Part shown: positions 47,441 through 57,275 of the stretch, in pieces | Position numbering within the stretch: position 1 is the first letter of the stretch | Layout: each line of letters starts with the position of its first letter | Assembly: GCA_964013565.1 (NCBI GenBank) | Contig: CAXGWU010000004.1 | Span: 57,491 to 121,490 of the forward strand | Length of the DNA: 64,000 nt | Direction of reading: 5' to 3' | From: an uncultured Oligoflexia bacterium | GTDB lineage: Bacteria > Bdellovibrionota > UBA1018 > UBA6935 | Position numbers and translations under genes: made by a program | The notes under the pieces: generated by a model | Told to the model about the DNA's origin: nothing | The model's input: the letters and a program-made list of their open reading frames with translations, nothing else | The model's database searches: none

Positions 47441-48208
47441 GTTTTTCATGACCATAAATTCAAATTTATGATTGTTTTGTGATTCTGATGCCACTCCTCG
47501 ATCAATGGGATCGCTGACGTCAGTCATGACTCGATTTTCGTCTACCCAACCTTTTTCAACGAGATATTGAATGATGGTGGTAATTCGAGTGACTGCAAGT
47601 TCATAGGAGTCGATGTGTTGACCATAAACTCCATCAGGAGGATGAGTAAAACCTCTGACTTTTAGATATCCTTGATGTCCTCGAATCAGTTGAGCAACTT
47701 TTTCCAAATGCACTCCCGCTTGAGGTTTCAGTTCAAAAGAGTCCGTATCAAAAAGGACATGTTCGGGAAGTGAGAATACTAGGAATTCTACATTTACAGA
47801 AGGAGCACGGTCTTTAATTGTTTTTTCTATAACTTTTGTGGAACCAGTTCTCCCTGGAGGTTGGTTGGTTGATTGAATTTCTCTGCTTGGACGTTGAACC
47901 AGATCTTCGGGGACTTTTCCGTCTTCGACTCCAGAAAGAACATTTTCTCCTGCTCCAGTTTTTTCTCCTAGAGGATAGTTTTCTTTAGATGCAAGATCAG
48001 GACGCCAAGCGGAAGTTGGATTATTAAAATATTCAGAAACGGACTTTTCAGAAGCATCATCTGCGCCGAGTAGCCACATCACAAGAAAGAATGCCATCAT
48101 CGCAGTTACAAAGTCTGCGTAGGCAACTTTCCAAGCTCCACCATGGGCACCGCCATGGCCTCCTTGGATCTTTTTAATGATGACAACTTGTCCCTTATTT
48201 TCTGCCAT
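47429..48208 (-). CDS. motB: Flagellar stator protein MotB
   Basis: The stretch GGAWKVAYADFVTAMMAFFLVMWLL contains the conserved Asp next to the TM segment. An OmpA-like C-terminal domain is present. Confidence 0.9.
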   Translation of the reverse strand: MAENKGQVVIIKKIQGGHGGAHGGAWKVAYADFVTAMMAFFLVMWLLGADDASEKSVSEYFNNPTSAWRPDLASKENYPLGEKTGAGENVLSGVEDGKVPEDLVQRPSREIQSTNQPPGRTGSTKVIEKTIKDRAPSVNVEFLVFSLPEHVLFDTDSFELKPQAGVHLEKVAQLIRGHQGYLKVRGFTHPPDGVYGQHIDSYELAVTRITTIIQYLVEKGWVDENRVMTDVSDPIDRGVASESQNNHKFEFMVMKNSQQ

Positions 48209-48218
48209 TTTTTATTTC

Positions 48219-49076
48219 CTAAGCAGCTTTTCCTGCATTGGTTGTGGCTTCATCAATTTCAGTAAATGAAGGACGAACTTCTGGTGGAATCGTTCGTCTT
48301 GCAAATTCAACACAGACTTTCGGAGAAGCATCTTTTGCAAAAGCTAAGAGAGCTGCTTTCGTCACTTTAAAAAATTGTCCTTCTTCATCCAATAGCGTGT
48401 TCATTTTCGCGGAAAGAGGTTGGATATATCCATATGAAATCAAAATCCCCAAGAACGTTCCTACGAGTGCGGCTGCGACTGAGTGACCGATTACTTCTTT
48501 TCCTTGGCTTAGTTTTCCCATGGTGATTACGACCCCCAAGACGGCTGCGACAATCCCAAGACCTGGCATCGCATCACCAATTCGTGTGACTGTGGCCGGT
48601 GCGATTGCTTCTTCGTGATGAGTGGTATTTAAATCGGCATCCATGAGGTCTTCAAGGTCATATGGACTTACCGGTGAAGAAATTTGAACTTTTAAAGTGT
48701 CGCAAATAAAGTGAATGACATGGTGGTTGGAAAGAACTCCTGGGTATCTTTTAAAAATATCGCTTCCTTCAGGGTTTTCGACGTGGGCTTCTAAACCAAG
48801 AAGGTTTCCTTTGGCTGTTTTTATGAGTTCGAACAAAAGGAGAAGAAGTTCCGTGTATTCTTCTTTTGTTTTTCCATTTCCGGTCAGTGCATGGAGTGAT
48901 TGATGAATGATGGCTTTAATTTCGGACATTGGGGAGGAAATTAAAAGAGAGCCTCCAGCAGCACCGCATATAATGAGCATTTCAATTGGTTGTATGAGGA
49001 CTTGGATATCCCCTCCCTCAAGTAGGAATCCTCCAAATACACAAATTGAAACAACGATAAATCCTACAACCGTCAT
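48219..49076 (-). CDS. motA: Flagellar stator protein MotA
   Basis: The product has four TM segments. Typical MotA/PomA sequences are present at the N-terminus (GFLLEGG) and C-terminus (GIVAAVLGVVITMG, AAALVGTFLGILISYG). An AGGAG Shine-Dalgarno sequence lies upstream. Confidence 0.9.
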   Translation of the reverse strand: MTVVGFIVVSICVFGGFLLEGGDIQVLIQPIEMLIICGAAGGSLLISSPMSEIKAIIHQSLHALTGNGKTKEEYTELLLLLFELIKTAKGNLLGLEAHVENPEGSDIFKRYPGVLSNHHVIHFICDTLKVQISSPVSPYDLEDLMDADLNTTHHEEAIAPATVTRIGDAMPGLGIVAAVLGVVITMGKLSQGKEVIGHSVAAALVGTFLGILISYGYIQPLSAKMNTLLDEEGQFFKVTKAALLAFAKDASPKVCVEFARRTIPPEVRPSFTEIDEATTNAGKAA

Positions 49077-49204
49077 AAGTGATCTCCTATAGGACTCTTC
49101 GACCGGAACTCTCGAGAGGTTTAGAGAATCTTTTTAGTTGACTAAAACAATCTGGTTTTCTTTTCCTCTAGTAAAAAGGGAGCAACCGTGAGATTTCCGA
49201 ACAG

Positions 49205-50074
49205 ATGAAAATTTTATGTGATTTTGACGGTGTATTAACGAATCAAGTTGAAGAAGCTTTACAAGTACAAACCGCGTTTTTACAAACGCTTGCAGCTATT
49301 CATCCCGAACAGGCTCAGGGGGTAGAGACTCTTTATAAAAGAGTTTTACAGGTGATGAATGAAAACCCTTGGCGACACGGCTGGGTGCGCAATGGTCGAG
49401 TCAGTGCTTTTGCGAATGAAGATTTATTTATACGGATGAATGGAGTTGCCTCGTGTCTTGATCAATGGGCTTATGAAGGACTTTATAAAGCTGATGCCTG
49501 GAAAAAAGCTCTTATGAAGAATGAAATTGGATCGTTTGTCGAGTTACTCGATCTTTCTTTTCAGAAAATGGTGGAAACCACTCAAGCAGAGCAAAGAAAT
49601 CCGTTGGATCCCGAGGTAACAAAAGTTTTAAAAGGACTTCTTTCTCATGAGGTAGAGGTCGTCATTGTTTCCAATTCCTCAACTTCAAGAATTGAAGGAA
49701 TTTTAAAAATGGCTGAACTCGAAAAATTACCGATTCGAATTCGTGGGAATGCTAAAAAGTATGAATTAGGAAACGAACCTAAAACGATGGAAGTAGGGTC
49801 GTACTTTGTTGAAGTTGACCGTCCTTTTTATCAAAAAATTTTAGATGAAGAGAAACCTCAGGCGGTTATCGGAGATGTCTTTTCTTTAGACTTGGCTCTT
49901 CCTCTTACACTTGCTCAGCAAAGTGGTGAGGAGATTGATTTATTCTTACGAAAAAGAGAATATACACCCCAGTGGTCTCAGGATTGGATGGAGAATTCTT
50001 ATTTTTCAGGGTGCAGGCTTCACGTCATTGATGAATTAAGTGTTCTTGTTCAGTGGGCTCAGGGGGCGTCTTGA
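49205..50074 (+). CDS. HAD-superfamily hydrolase-like protein
   Basis: Motif I is CDFDGVLT, motif II is VSNS and motif IV is GDVFSLD. Confidence 0.6.
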   Translation: MKILCDFDGVLTNQVEEALQVQTAFLQTLAAIHPEQAQGVETLYKRVLQVMNENPWRHGWVRNGRVSAFANEDLFIRMNGVASCLDQWAYEGLYKADAWKKALMKNEIGSFVELLDLSFQKMVETTQAEQRNPLDPEVTKVLKGLLSHEVEVVIVSNSSTSRIEGILKMAELEKLPIRIRGNAKKYELGNEPKTMEVGSYFVEVDRPFYQKILDEEKPQAVIGDVFSLDLALPLTLAQQSGEEIDLFLRKREYTPQWSQDWMENSYFSGCRLHVIDELSVLVQWAQGAS

Positions 50075-50454
50075 AAGCCGAAGTACATGTGGATCGACCC
50101 TCGACTTGGAGAAAATATAAAAATGGACTTTGTGAAGATTGTCAGGCGGGGTGCTGTACATTGCCATTAGAAGTCAGTGCTCTTGATCTAATTCAAATGG
50201 GATTGACCACCGAGGAAGAAGCAGGACTTTCGATGAAGGCTCTTGCAAAACGATTAAAAAAAGAAAAGCTCATTGATGCCTTTCACTTAAAATCAGGAAT
50301 CTTTGTGATTGCAAGGACTGCGATGGGAGATTGTCTTTTTTTAGGTAAAGATCGTCGTTGTCAGATTTATGAAAAACGTCCACAAGTCTGTCGAAGTTTT
50401 CCTAAAATTGGACCGCGCCCCGGGTTTTGTCCTCATAAGATTCGGTTAAAATAA
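50071..50454 (+). CDS. YkgJ-family Cys-cluster (Zn/Fe-chelating) protein
   Basis: The motifs CEDCQAGCC and CLFLGKDRRCQIYEKRPQVCRSFP are present. The start is uncertain: TTG at 50071 would form a TTGA overlap with the upstream stop, and the tracked ORF starts at 50053. Confidence 0.6.
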   Translation: MKAEVHVDRPSTWRKYKNGLCEDCQAGCCTLPLEVSALDLIQMGLTTEEEAGLSMKALAKRLKKEKLIDAFHLKSGIFVIARTAMGDCLFLGKDRRCQIYEKRPQVCRSFPKIGPRPGFCPHKIRLK

Positions 50455-51323
50455 TGACTCGTTTACACGCAAATATTGGTTTACTTGCTGTAGGTTTTTT
50501 GTGGGGTACGACTTTTGTAGTGATGAAAGATGCACTTGCGGAGCTTCCTCCAATGCAGCTTTTGTTTTATCGCTTTTCTTTGGCGTCACTTCTTTTGTTC
50601 TTTATGTTTCGAAGAAAAATAAAAGCAAGCAGCTCAAAAAAAATAACAAAGGGTATTTGGGTAGGGCTTGCTCTTGGATTGGGCTATATCACTCAAACAA
50701 TCGGTCTTCAGACGACTCCTTCTGGTCAAACGGCTGTTATCACAGGATTGAATTTAGTTTTTTTACCTTTTTTGTCTTTTTCTATTTTAGGTCAGAAAAT
50801 GAATCGATTTCATTTTATCAGTATTCTTATTTCTTTTTTTGGATTTTGTTTACTGACTGGAATTGATTTTGAGGAATGGAAATGGACGATAGGTTCGGGA
50901 TGGGTTCTTCTTTGTGCCTTTTTGTTTGCACTTCAGATTATTGGAGTAACGCAAGTTTCTTCTGAGTTGGAACCTTGGACTCTCACTTTTATCCAAATTT
51001 TAGTGACCGCTTTACTTTCAGGAGTGGGAAGTTTGATTTATGAACAATGGGTCTGGGATATGACAGCGAGAACGAGTGCGGGGATTTTAGGAACAGCTTT
51101 ATTTGCGACAGTAATGGCGCTGGCTCTTCAGTCCCATTGTCAGAAATACACTGATCCTTTAATTGCGGGGCTTTTAATGGGATCGGAGTATTTTTTTGCA
51201 GTTATTTTTGGGGTTATTGTGGCAAATGAGTCCTATCACTGGATTCAGTGGTCCGGAGTAATTTTTATGGTAGCGGCTATGCTTTTATCTGAATGGGCAA
51301 CTCAGCGGAAGGCGATGATGTGA
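50454..51323 (+). CDS. EamA/DMT-family transporter
   Basis: The product has ten TM segments arranged as two EamA-like halves. The junction with the upstream stop is TAATG. Confidence 0.75.
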   Translation: MTRLHANIGLLAVGFLWGTTFVVMKDALAELPPMQLLFYRFSLASLLLFFMFRRKIKASSSKKITKGIWVGLALGLGYITQTIGLQTTPSGQTAVITGLNLVFLPFLSFSILGQKMNRFHFISILISFFGFCLLTGIDFEEWKWTIGSGWVLLCAFLFALQIIGVTQVSSELEPWTLTFIQILVTALLSGVGSLIYEQWVWDMTARTSAGILGTALFATVMALALQSHCQKYTDPLIAGLLMGSEYFFAVIFGVIVANESYHWIQWSGVIFMVAAMLLSEWATQRKAMM

Positions 51324-52027
51324 GTATTTTATTTTTAGGTTTCATGATTTTTTCAAACTTGATCTTTGCAAAGCAATCGCCGGTTCCTTTACAAACGATT
51401 CGAACCAATGAAGTGACTTTTTATCGTGCACCTTCGTGGTTAAAAAAAAGAAGATTGAATCAAGTGATTCATCGAGTTTCTCGTTATTTTGAGTGGGATG
51501 TTCGACGGGTTCCCGTTCAAATGTATGAATCACCAGTGGAAATGCAGCGAGTCCATCATCTTAAATTTCCGGTCATGGCTGTGACTATAAGAAATCCTTT
51601 AGGAATACACCTAGGGCCGGGGGTAAATAATCAAAATTTTGATCAAGTTTTTGGACACGAACTTGGACATGTGATTTTGATTCAAAAATATAAAAGGGCG
51701 ATTCCAGCCTGGTTAGAGGAGGGGCTGGTCAATCATGCAGTTCATAGAGGAAAAGTTGACTATTCTTTTTTGAAAAATGAGTTAAAAACAAGACCAATCA
51801 CTTGGAATCATCCTGCTTTCGCAAAGAGTCCCGAGGAGGCTCGATTTTTATATCAACTCTCATTAGCTCTTGCTGAGCTTTTAGATCGTCGATGTGATCT
51901 TCCTGATTTATTGCAACTGAGTGTCGGAAAAAAGTTAGAGATTTATCTTAAAAATACATGTGAGATTGATGATCTCGATGTTGCTGTGAGGAAATGGATT
52001 GCTCAGAAAAGTCGAAATAGTGGCTAA
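51320..52027 (+). CDS. Exported HExxH metallopeptidase-like protein
   Basis: HELGH is followed by EEGL, giving an HExxH...E arrangement. The GTG at 51320 forms a GTGA overlap with the upstream stop and yields a signal peptide. The tracked ORF starts at 51293. Confidence 0.5.
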   Translation: MSILFLGFMIFSNLIFAKQSPVPLQTIRTNEVTFYRAPSWLKKRRLNQVIHRVSRYFEWDVRRVPVQMYESPVEMQRVHHLKFPVMAVTIRNPLGIHLGPGVNNQNFDQVFGHELGHVILIQKYKRAIPAWLEEGLVNHAVHRGKVDYSFLKNELKTRPITWNHPAFAKSPEEARFLYQLSLALAELLDRRCDLPDLLQLSVGKKLEIYLKNTCEIDDLDVAVRKWIAQKSRNSG

Positions 52028-52107
52028 AAAAACACGATTTTAGTTGAAATTTAGATCTGCTGGTCTAAAGTCTAGGCATGCATATGACTAGAAAACCCGA
52101 AGGTAAG

Positions 52108-53463
52108 ATGGAGATAAATGTTCCAATGACAAAAGATGGACAAAGAGATTTTAAGGTTTGTGAAGCAGCGATGAATGATCCTCAAGTGTTTGAAGATCTT
52201 GCTCGTTGGGGAAGAAAAGAGATTGAAATTGCAGAATCCGAAATGCCAGGTTTGATGGCTCTTCGCTCTGAATTTGGTTCATCTCAACCTTTAAAAGGTG
52301 CGAGAATCGCCGGTTGTTTACATATGACTATTCAAACCGCTGTTTTAATCGAGACGCTTACAGCTCTTGGAGCGGAGGTTCGGTGGTCTTCGTGCAATAT
52401 CTATTCGACACAAGATCACGCTGCTGTTGCAATGGCCGCAGCGGGAATTCCTGTCTTTGCTTGGAAGGGCGAGACAGAAGAGGAAGCGGCTTGGTGTATT
52501 GAGCAGACCATTGAGGGTTGGGGGCCTGAAGGTTACAATCTGATCTTAGATGATGGTGGTGATTTGACAAATATGATGCATGAAGATCGTTACGATGAGA
52601 TTATGTCTCGTATTATTGGGATTTCTGAAGAAACGACTACCGGTGTTCATAATCTTGAGAAGCTTGCAGCAGAAGGACTTTTAAAGGTCCCAGCGATTAA
52701 CATTAATGACTCTGTGACTAAATCGAAGTTTGATAATTTGTACGGATGTAGAGAGTCTCTTGCCGATGGAATTAAAAGAGCAACAGATACAATGATTGCA
52801 GGAAAGGTTGTTGCAGTTGCTGGGTACGGAGATGTTGGAAAGGGATGCGCTCACTCGATGCGAAGCTATGGTGCACGAGTATTGGTGACTGAAATTGACC
52901 CGATCTGTGCACTTCAAGCAGCGATGGAAGGATTTGAGGTTGTTACAATGGAAGATGCAGCTCCTGAGGCTGATATCTTTGTTACCACAACAGGATGTTG
53001 CGATATTGTCACTGAACAGCACTTCAATGTAATGAAAGATGGTGCGATTGTTTGTAATATTGGCCACTTTGATATTGAAATTGATATGGCTTGGTTGAAT
53101 GCAAATTCACAAATGGAAGAGATTAAACCTCAAGTGGATATTCATACTTTAAAGAATGGTCATAAAGTGATTGTTCTTGCGAAAGGACGACTTGTGAATT
53201 TGGGATGTGCCACTGGTCATCCTTCATTTGTGATGAGTAATTCATTTACCAATCAAGTTTTAGCTCAAATTGAACTTTATAAGAATATTAAGACCTATCC
53301 AGAGAAGAAGGTGTATCGTTTACCGAAACAACTGGATGAGAAAGTTGCCGCTCTTCATTTAGATAAGATTGGAGTTAAACTCACTGAGTTGACTCCTAAG
53401 CAGTCTTCTTATCTTGGAATTGACAAAAAAGGTCCGTTTAAGCCGGAACACTACCGTTATTAA
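52108..53463 (+). CDS. ahcY: Adenosylhomocysteinase
   Basis: [17 protein letters not shown] is present. The NAD-binding motif is AGYGDVGKG. The C-terminus ends HYRY. I chose the ATG at 52108 because GAAGG lies upstream. In-frame ATGs also occur at 52078, 52084 and 52126. Confidence 0.9.
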   Translation: MEINVPMTKDGQRDFKVCEAAMNDPQVFEDLARWGRKEIEIAESEMPGLMALRSEFGSSQPLKGARIAGCLHMTIQTAVLIETLTALGAEVRWSSCNIYSTQDHAAVAMAAAGIPVFAWKGETEEEAAWCIEQTIEGWGPEGYNLILDDGGDLTNMMHEDRYDEIMSRIIGISEETTTGVHNLEKLAAEGLLKVPAININDSVTKSKFDNLYGCRESLADGIKRATDTMIAGKVVAVAGYGDVGKGCAHSMRSYGARVLVTEIDPICALQAAMEGFEVVTMEDAAPEADIFVTTTGCCDIVTEQHFNVMKDGAIVCNIGHFDIEIDMAWLNANSQMEEIKPQVDIHTLKNGHKVIVLAKGRLVNLGCATGHPSFVMSNSFTNQVLAQIELYKNIKTYPEKKVYRLPKQLDEKVAALHLDKIGVKLTELTPKQSSYLGIDKKGPFKPEHYRY

Positions 53464-53496
53464 TCTCATTGAAAAGATTTTTATCTTTGTTAAGAA

Positions 53497-53528
53497 ACGG
53501 GTGACCTTGAGTCGCCCGTTTTTGTTTT
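53497..53528 (+). terminator. Rho-independent terminator after ahcY
   Basis: The stem pairs ACGGGTGAC (53497-53505) with GTCGCCCGT (53511-53519) and includes one G-U pair. The loop is CTTGA. TTTTGTTTT follows. Confidence 0.7.
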
Positions 53529-53544
53529 GATCTAAGGAAATTAT

Positions 53545-55254
53545 ATGAAACGTAAACATTTAGTTACTTCAGCTTTGCCCTATGCAAATGGCCCGCTTCA
53601 TTTTGGTCATCTTGCGGGAGTTTATCTCCCTGCGGATGTTTATGTAAGACATTTAAAGAAACAAGGTCATGATGTTCTTCATATTTGTGGTTCAGACGAG
53701 CACGGAGTCGCAATTATGTTGGGAGCTGAAAAAGAAGGCAAAGATTATCAAACTTATGTGAATGAATGGCATGAAGACCATCGAAGTCTTTTTGAGGGAT
53801 ATGGAATTGAATTCGAAGTCTTTGGGCAAACTTCTTCGAAGAACCACGAAGAAGAAGTTTTAAAATGGTTTCATGCTTTGTATGAAGGGGGGTACATTGA
53901 AAAAAAATCTGAACCCCAGCTTTATTGTATCAGTGATCAGATGTTTTTACCTGATCGCTATGTGGAAGGGACCTGTTATGAGTGCGGGTATGAAAAAGCA
54001 CGGGGAGATGAATGTCCAGAGTGTGGAACCTGGATAGAGGCAACTCGCTTGATTCGCCCTCGAAGCACGGTCAGCGGAAGCTCGGATATTGAAATCAGAG
54101 AAGCGAGTCATTATTACTTGATGTTATCGAAGTTTGAATCTGAATATCGTTCCTGGTACGCAGAGAAAAAAGGACAGTGGAGAAAGCTTGTTTCAGGTTT
54201 TGTTGGAGGGCTTCTTGAAAATGGAATGGTAGATCGAGCGATCTCTCGTGATTTAAAATGGGGAATTCCAGTGCCACTTCCCGAGGCAGAAGGAAAAAGG
54301 CTTTATGTTTGGTTTGATGCTCCTATTGGATATGTCAGTAATACAAAAGAATACCTTGAAAAAAACAGACCTCAAGAAGACTATTTAAAAGACTGGTGGT
54401 TAAATCCAGAAGTTGAAATTTCTCATTTTCTTGGAAAAGATAATATTATTTTTCATGCACTGATATGGCCTTGTATGTGTATGGGTTCTCGACGCGCATT
54501 ACACGCAAAACAAGTCTATGCTCAAGAGTTTTTAAATCTAGAAGGAAGACAATTCTCAAAGTCAGCAGGTTGGACGATTGATGCAAAAAAAGCATTAGAA
54601 GACTTTGGAGAAGATAATTTAAGGTTTGCTTTGTTGCAAATGATTCCAGAGACCGGAGATACAAACTTCACTTTTGATGGTCTTGCTCAATCAAATGCAG
54701 AGTTTGGAAATAAAGTAGGAAATTTTGTTCATCGTGTTTTAAGTTTTATGAATAAAAAATGGCCGGATGGTTTGTCGTCTCAAGCATTTGCTTCAATAGG
54801 AAACGATCCTCATTTACAAGTAATTGAAGATGGAATAAAAAAAATTCAAACAGAGTTAAATCAATCTCAACTTTCTAAAGCAATTGTAGAATTGATGAAT
54901 TTTGGTCAGACTGCGAATGAGTTTTTTCATGCTGCAGAACCTTGGAAGGTCATTAAAGAAGATGAAGCTCAGGCTGAAAGACTGATTGCACTTTCAGTGA
55001 TTCATATTGCTGCCATTGGAATTGTATTAGAACCTTTTGTTCCTCATCTTTCGAATCGTTTGATGCAATCTTTTGAACACTATTTTTCAAAAACAACAGA
55101 GGCGGAAGTTTATCAAGGGAACTTTGAAAGTCTGATGAAGGCTTTTGAAAAAGGATTCAAATTATCAGCTCCACCAGAGGTTTTGATGCCAAGGATTGAT
55201 TCGGATTTGATTGAGCAATGGAAGAATTCACTCTTTTCAAATGCAAAAGATTAG
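53545..55254 (+). CDS. metG: Methionyl-tRNA synthetase (short form without the C-terminal tRNA-binding appendix)
   Basis: The HIGH-type motif is PLHFGHLAG. A Zn knuckle is present (CYECGYEKARGDECPECG). The KMSKS-type motif is QFSKSAG. Confidence 0.9.
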   Translation: MKRKHLVTSALPYANGPLHFGHLAGVYLPADVYVRHLKKQGHDVLHICGSDEHGVAIMLGAEKEGKDYQTYVNEWHEDHRSLFEGYGIEFEVFGQTSSKNHEEEVLKWFHALYEGGYIEKKSEPQLYCISDQMFLPDRYVEGTCYECGYEKARGDECPECGTWIEATRLIRPRSTVSGSSDIEIREASHYYLMLSKFESEYRSWYAEKKGQWRKLVSGFVGGLLENGMVDRAISRDLKWGIPVPLPEAEGKRLYVWFDAPIGYVSNTKEYLEKNRPQEDYLKDWWLNPEVEISHFLGKDNIIFHALIWPCMCMGSRRALHAKQVYAQEFLNLEGRQFSKSAGWTIDAKKALEDFGEDNLRFALLQMIPETGDTNFTFDGLAQSNAEFGNKVGNFVHRVLSFMNKKWPDGLSSQAFASIGNDPHLQVIEDGIKKIQTELNQSQLSKAIVELMNFGQTANEFFHAAEPWKVIKEDEAQAERLIALSVIHIAAIGIVLEPFVPHLSNRLMQSFEHYFSKTTEAEVYQGNFESLMKAFEKGFKLSAPPEVLMPRIDSDLIEQWKNSLFSNAKD

Positions 55255-55457
55255 ATTGTTTTAGTTTTTAAAAAACAACTCTTACTATTCTATTGACATA
55301 TATTTTTTTACTTTATTTTTGAAGTAACGCAAAAAGGTATACTTTTTTTTTATTTATTTTTAGGGGGTAAATAATCCGTATTTATTTTAATAGGTTAAAA
55401 TCCCTTTTAGCTGATTTATAGAGTCTGGTACAGATGACAAAATAAAACTCTTCCCCT

Positions 55458-56735
55458 ATGCTCACTCCCACGAGCTACAAAGAATGTATTTCAATGGATT
55501 TGAAAACACATCAGAGGGAAAGGGCAACGCTTTTGAAACGATCGTTCGGTTTATTTTTTAATTTAGAAACTTTGTTCGTAGTTTTGATGATTTCTACATC
55601 TCATTTGGGATTTGCTGAACTCACTCCTAAACAGCGAGATCAGTGGGTGTCTGATGAATCTTTTATTCAGACAGTGAGTGAGTCCAATGGGAATGAAGTT
55701 ATTTCGTATGATTATCCCTATCCTATTGATCAAGAACACTCAGGCCAGGTGTTAAAAGCAGTTGAGGCTTTTACTGCACAACAAATCGAGCAAGATCCAA
55801 ATTTACAACTCTACATTATGCATGCGGCTCACCCTGAAGATTGGGAACTAGAGTCATCCGAGCGTTTAAGAAGTAAGCATCAAGCTCAAGTCTCTTTTGC
55901 AAGTGAAGAGGTCAGTTTAAAAGAAAAAAGAAAACGTCTTAAGAAGCTGATTCTTTGGAGGGTTTCTGTATCGACAGGAACATCTTTACTCTTGTTGACT
56001 TGGAATCAATGGGACATGAGTTTGTCTTCGCCGGCCTTTCGAACTCCTTTGATTGCGGGAATGATGACAATGATTCTAACCATGTGGAATGCACCGATTT
56101 CCCTTCGTTGGGTAGAAGTCAAGGGGTGGCTTCCTCGTTTTCAGAGATGGAAAAAAAAGTACAAAAAGGCTCATCAGCAATCGAGTGTGACTGAATCATT
56201 ATTAAAGCAGTGGTTAGTGCTCTCTGCTTATAACACTATTTATTCTTATTCAATTACACCCCTTCAGAAGATGAACTTCAGTGAATGGTTTTCTTCTCCG
56301 GTCTTATTAGAAGCCTTGGGAATGGGAGCGATGACTGCAGCTATGGGGGTGGGATCACGAGGCTTAATTATTCGTTTAGCCTCAGAGAAAGCAAATCGTT
56401 TGATTCATGAGTTTCCCTCTCAAAGGCATTATTTTGAGGCCCGGTTTGATCTTCTTGTGACGATTTTGGCGACTTATGTTTCGGTAGTCACCACACTTGA
56501 GAATTTAGGTCATTCAGAAATGAGAGTAGCTGTCGTTGGACTCGGTTCATTGGGGGTTATTCAGTATGCCTATGCAAAGTGGCCGAGGGTTCGGGCGTTG
56601 GCTTTATGGTTAATGCCTTTTCTTCCTTCTTGGATAAAGAAATTCCAGGAGTTTCAGTTTAGGGCAGAAGATGAAATCCGTTCTACCGTTGAAACATGCA
56701 GAGTTCTCTTTAGAAAAGTGGTTACTGGATACTGA
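55458..56735 (+). CDS. Hypothetical membrane protein
   Basis: The 425-aa product has several hydrophobic segments and I recognised no motif. An AT-rich spacer of about 200 nt lies upstream. Confidence 0.5.
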   Translation: MLTPTSYKECISMDLKTHQRERATLLKRSFGLFFNLETLFVVLMISTSHLGFAELTPKQRDQWVSDESFIQTVSESNGNEVISYDYPYPIDQEHSGQVLKAVEAFTAQQIEQDPNLQLYIMHAAHPEDWELESSERLRSKHQAQVSFASEEVSLKEKRKRLKKLILWRVSVSTGTSLLLLTWNQWDMSLSSPAFRTPLIAGMMTMILTMWNAPISLRWVEVKGWLPRFQRWKKKYKKAHQQSSVTESLLKQWLVLSAYNTIYSYSITPLQKMNFSEWFSSPVLLEALGMGAMTAAMGVGSRGLIIRLASEKANRLIHEFPSQRHYFEARFDLLVTILATYVSVVTTLENLGHSEMRVAVVGLGSLGVIQYAYAKWPRVRALALWLMPFLPSWIKKFQEFQFRAEDEIRSTVETCRVLFRKVVTGY

Positions 56736-56775
56736 TTTTTTGTATTTACGGTGTTTTGTGCCATAATGAAGCTCT

Positions 56776-57225
56776 GTGAGCAAGTTACTAACAAAGTGTA
56801 AAAAACCACTTCTTTATTTGTTTGTTGGATTATCATTGGGACTTTTTGTTTACTATGCGTCAAAAAGACGAGACCTATCTCGAGAAAAAAAAGGCTGGGA
56901 AAAAAACCGCGTTTTGCTCGAGGAATTGGATAAAGAACAAACGGAGCTAGCTAAGCTTATTCGTCGGTATGGCGGAGAGGGGCATTGTCAAAGTGACATT
57001 GATTGTGGAGTTCTTGGCATTGGAGTCAAAGCTTGCGGCGAATATAAAGATTATTTTTTGTATTCGATTCGAGATGCAGATTTAAGTAAACTCAGAGCCT
57101 CGGTTCTTCAGTTTAATAAAAATGCGAGAAAAATGATCAACTTAAGTTTGAAGGTTCCTTCATGCGGAAATCCTCCAATCGATCCTGTTTGTAAAAAAGG
57201 GCGTTGTGTGGTGGTCCGAAAGTAA
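56776..57225 (+). CDS. Hypothetical membrane-anchored Cys-rich protein
   Basis: The start is GTG. An N-terminal TM segment is present (LLYLFVGLSLGLFVYYA). The C-terminal part contains 8 Cys (CQSDIDCG, KACGEY, PSCGNPPIDPVCKKGRC). Confidence 0.45.
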   Translation: MSKLLTKCKKPLLYLFVGLSLGLFVYYASKRRDLSREKKGWEKNRVLLEELDKEQTELAKLIRRYGGEGHCQSDIDCGVLGIGVKACGEYKDYFLYSIRDADLSKLRASVLQFNKNARKMINLSLKVPSCGNPPIDPVCKKGRCVVVRK

Positions 57226-57275
57226 GATAAAGTCTCTTTGTTTCACTTACACCTATGAAAAATCAGGAGTCCAAG

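Noticed and set aside
49096-49123. Sigma-28-like promoter on the minus strand upstream of motA (TAAA-N16-GTCGAAGA).
   Set aside because: Only the TAAA and a partial CGA core match the TAAA-N15-GCCGATAA consensus, and the spacing is off by one. This is too weak to call without transcription-start data.
52028-52107. Possible SAH riboswitch upstream of ahcY.
   Set aside because: The GC-rich conserved core of the SAH element, including the AGGAGCGCTGC-type and GGCTCAGGA-type strings, is not present. The spacer is short and AT-rich.
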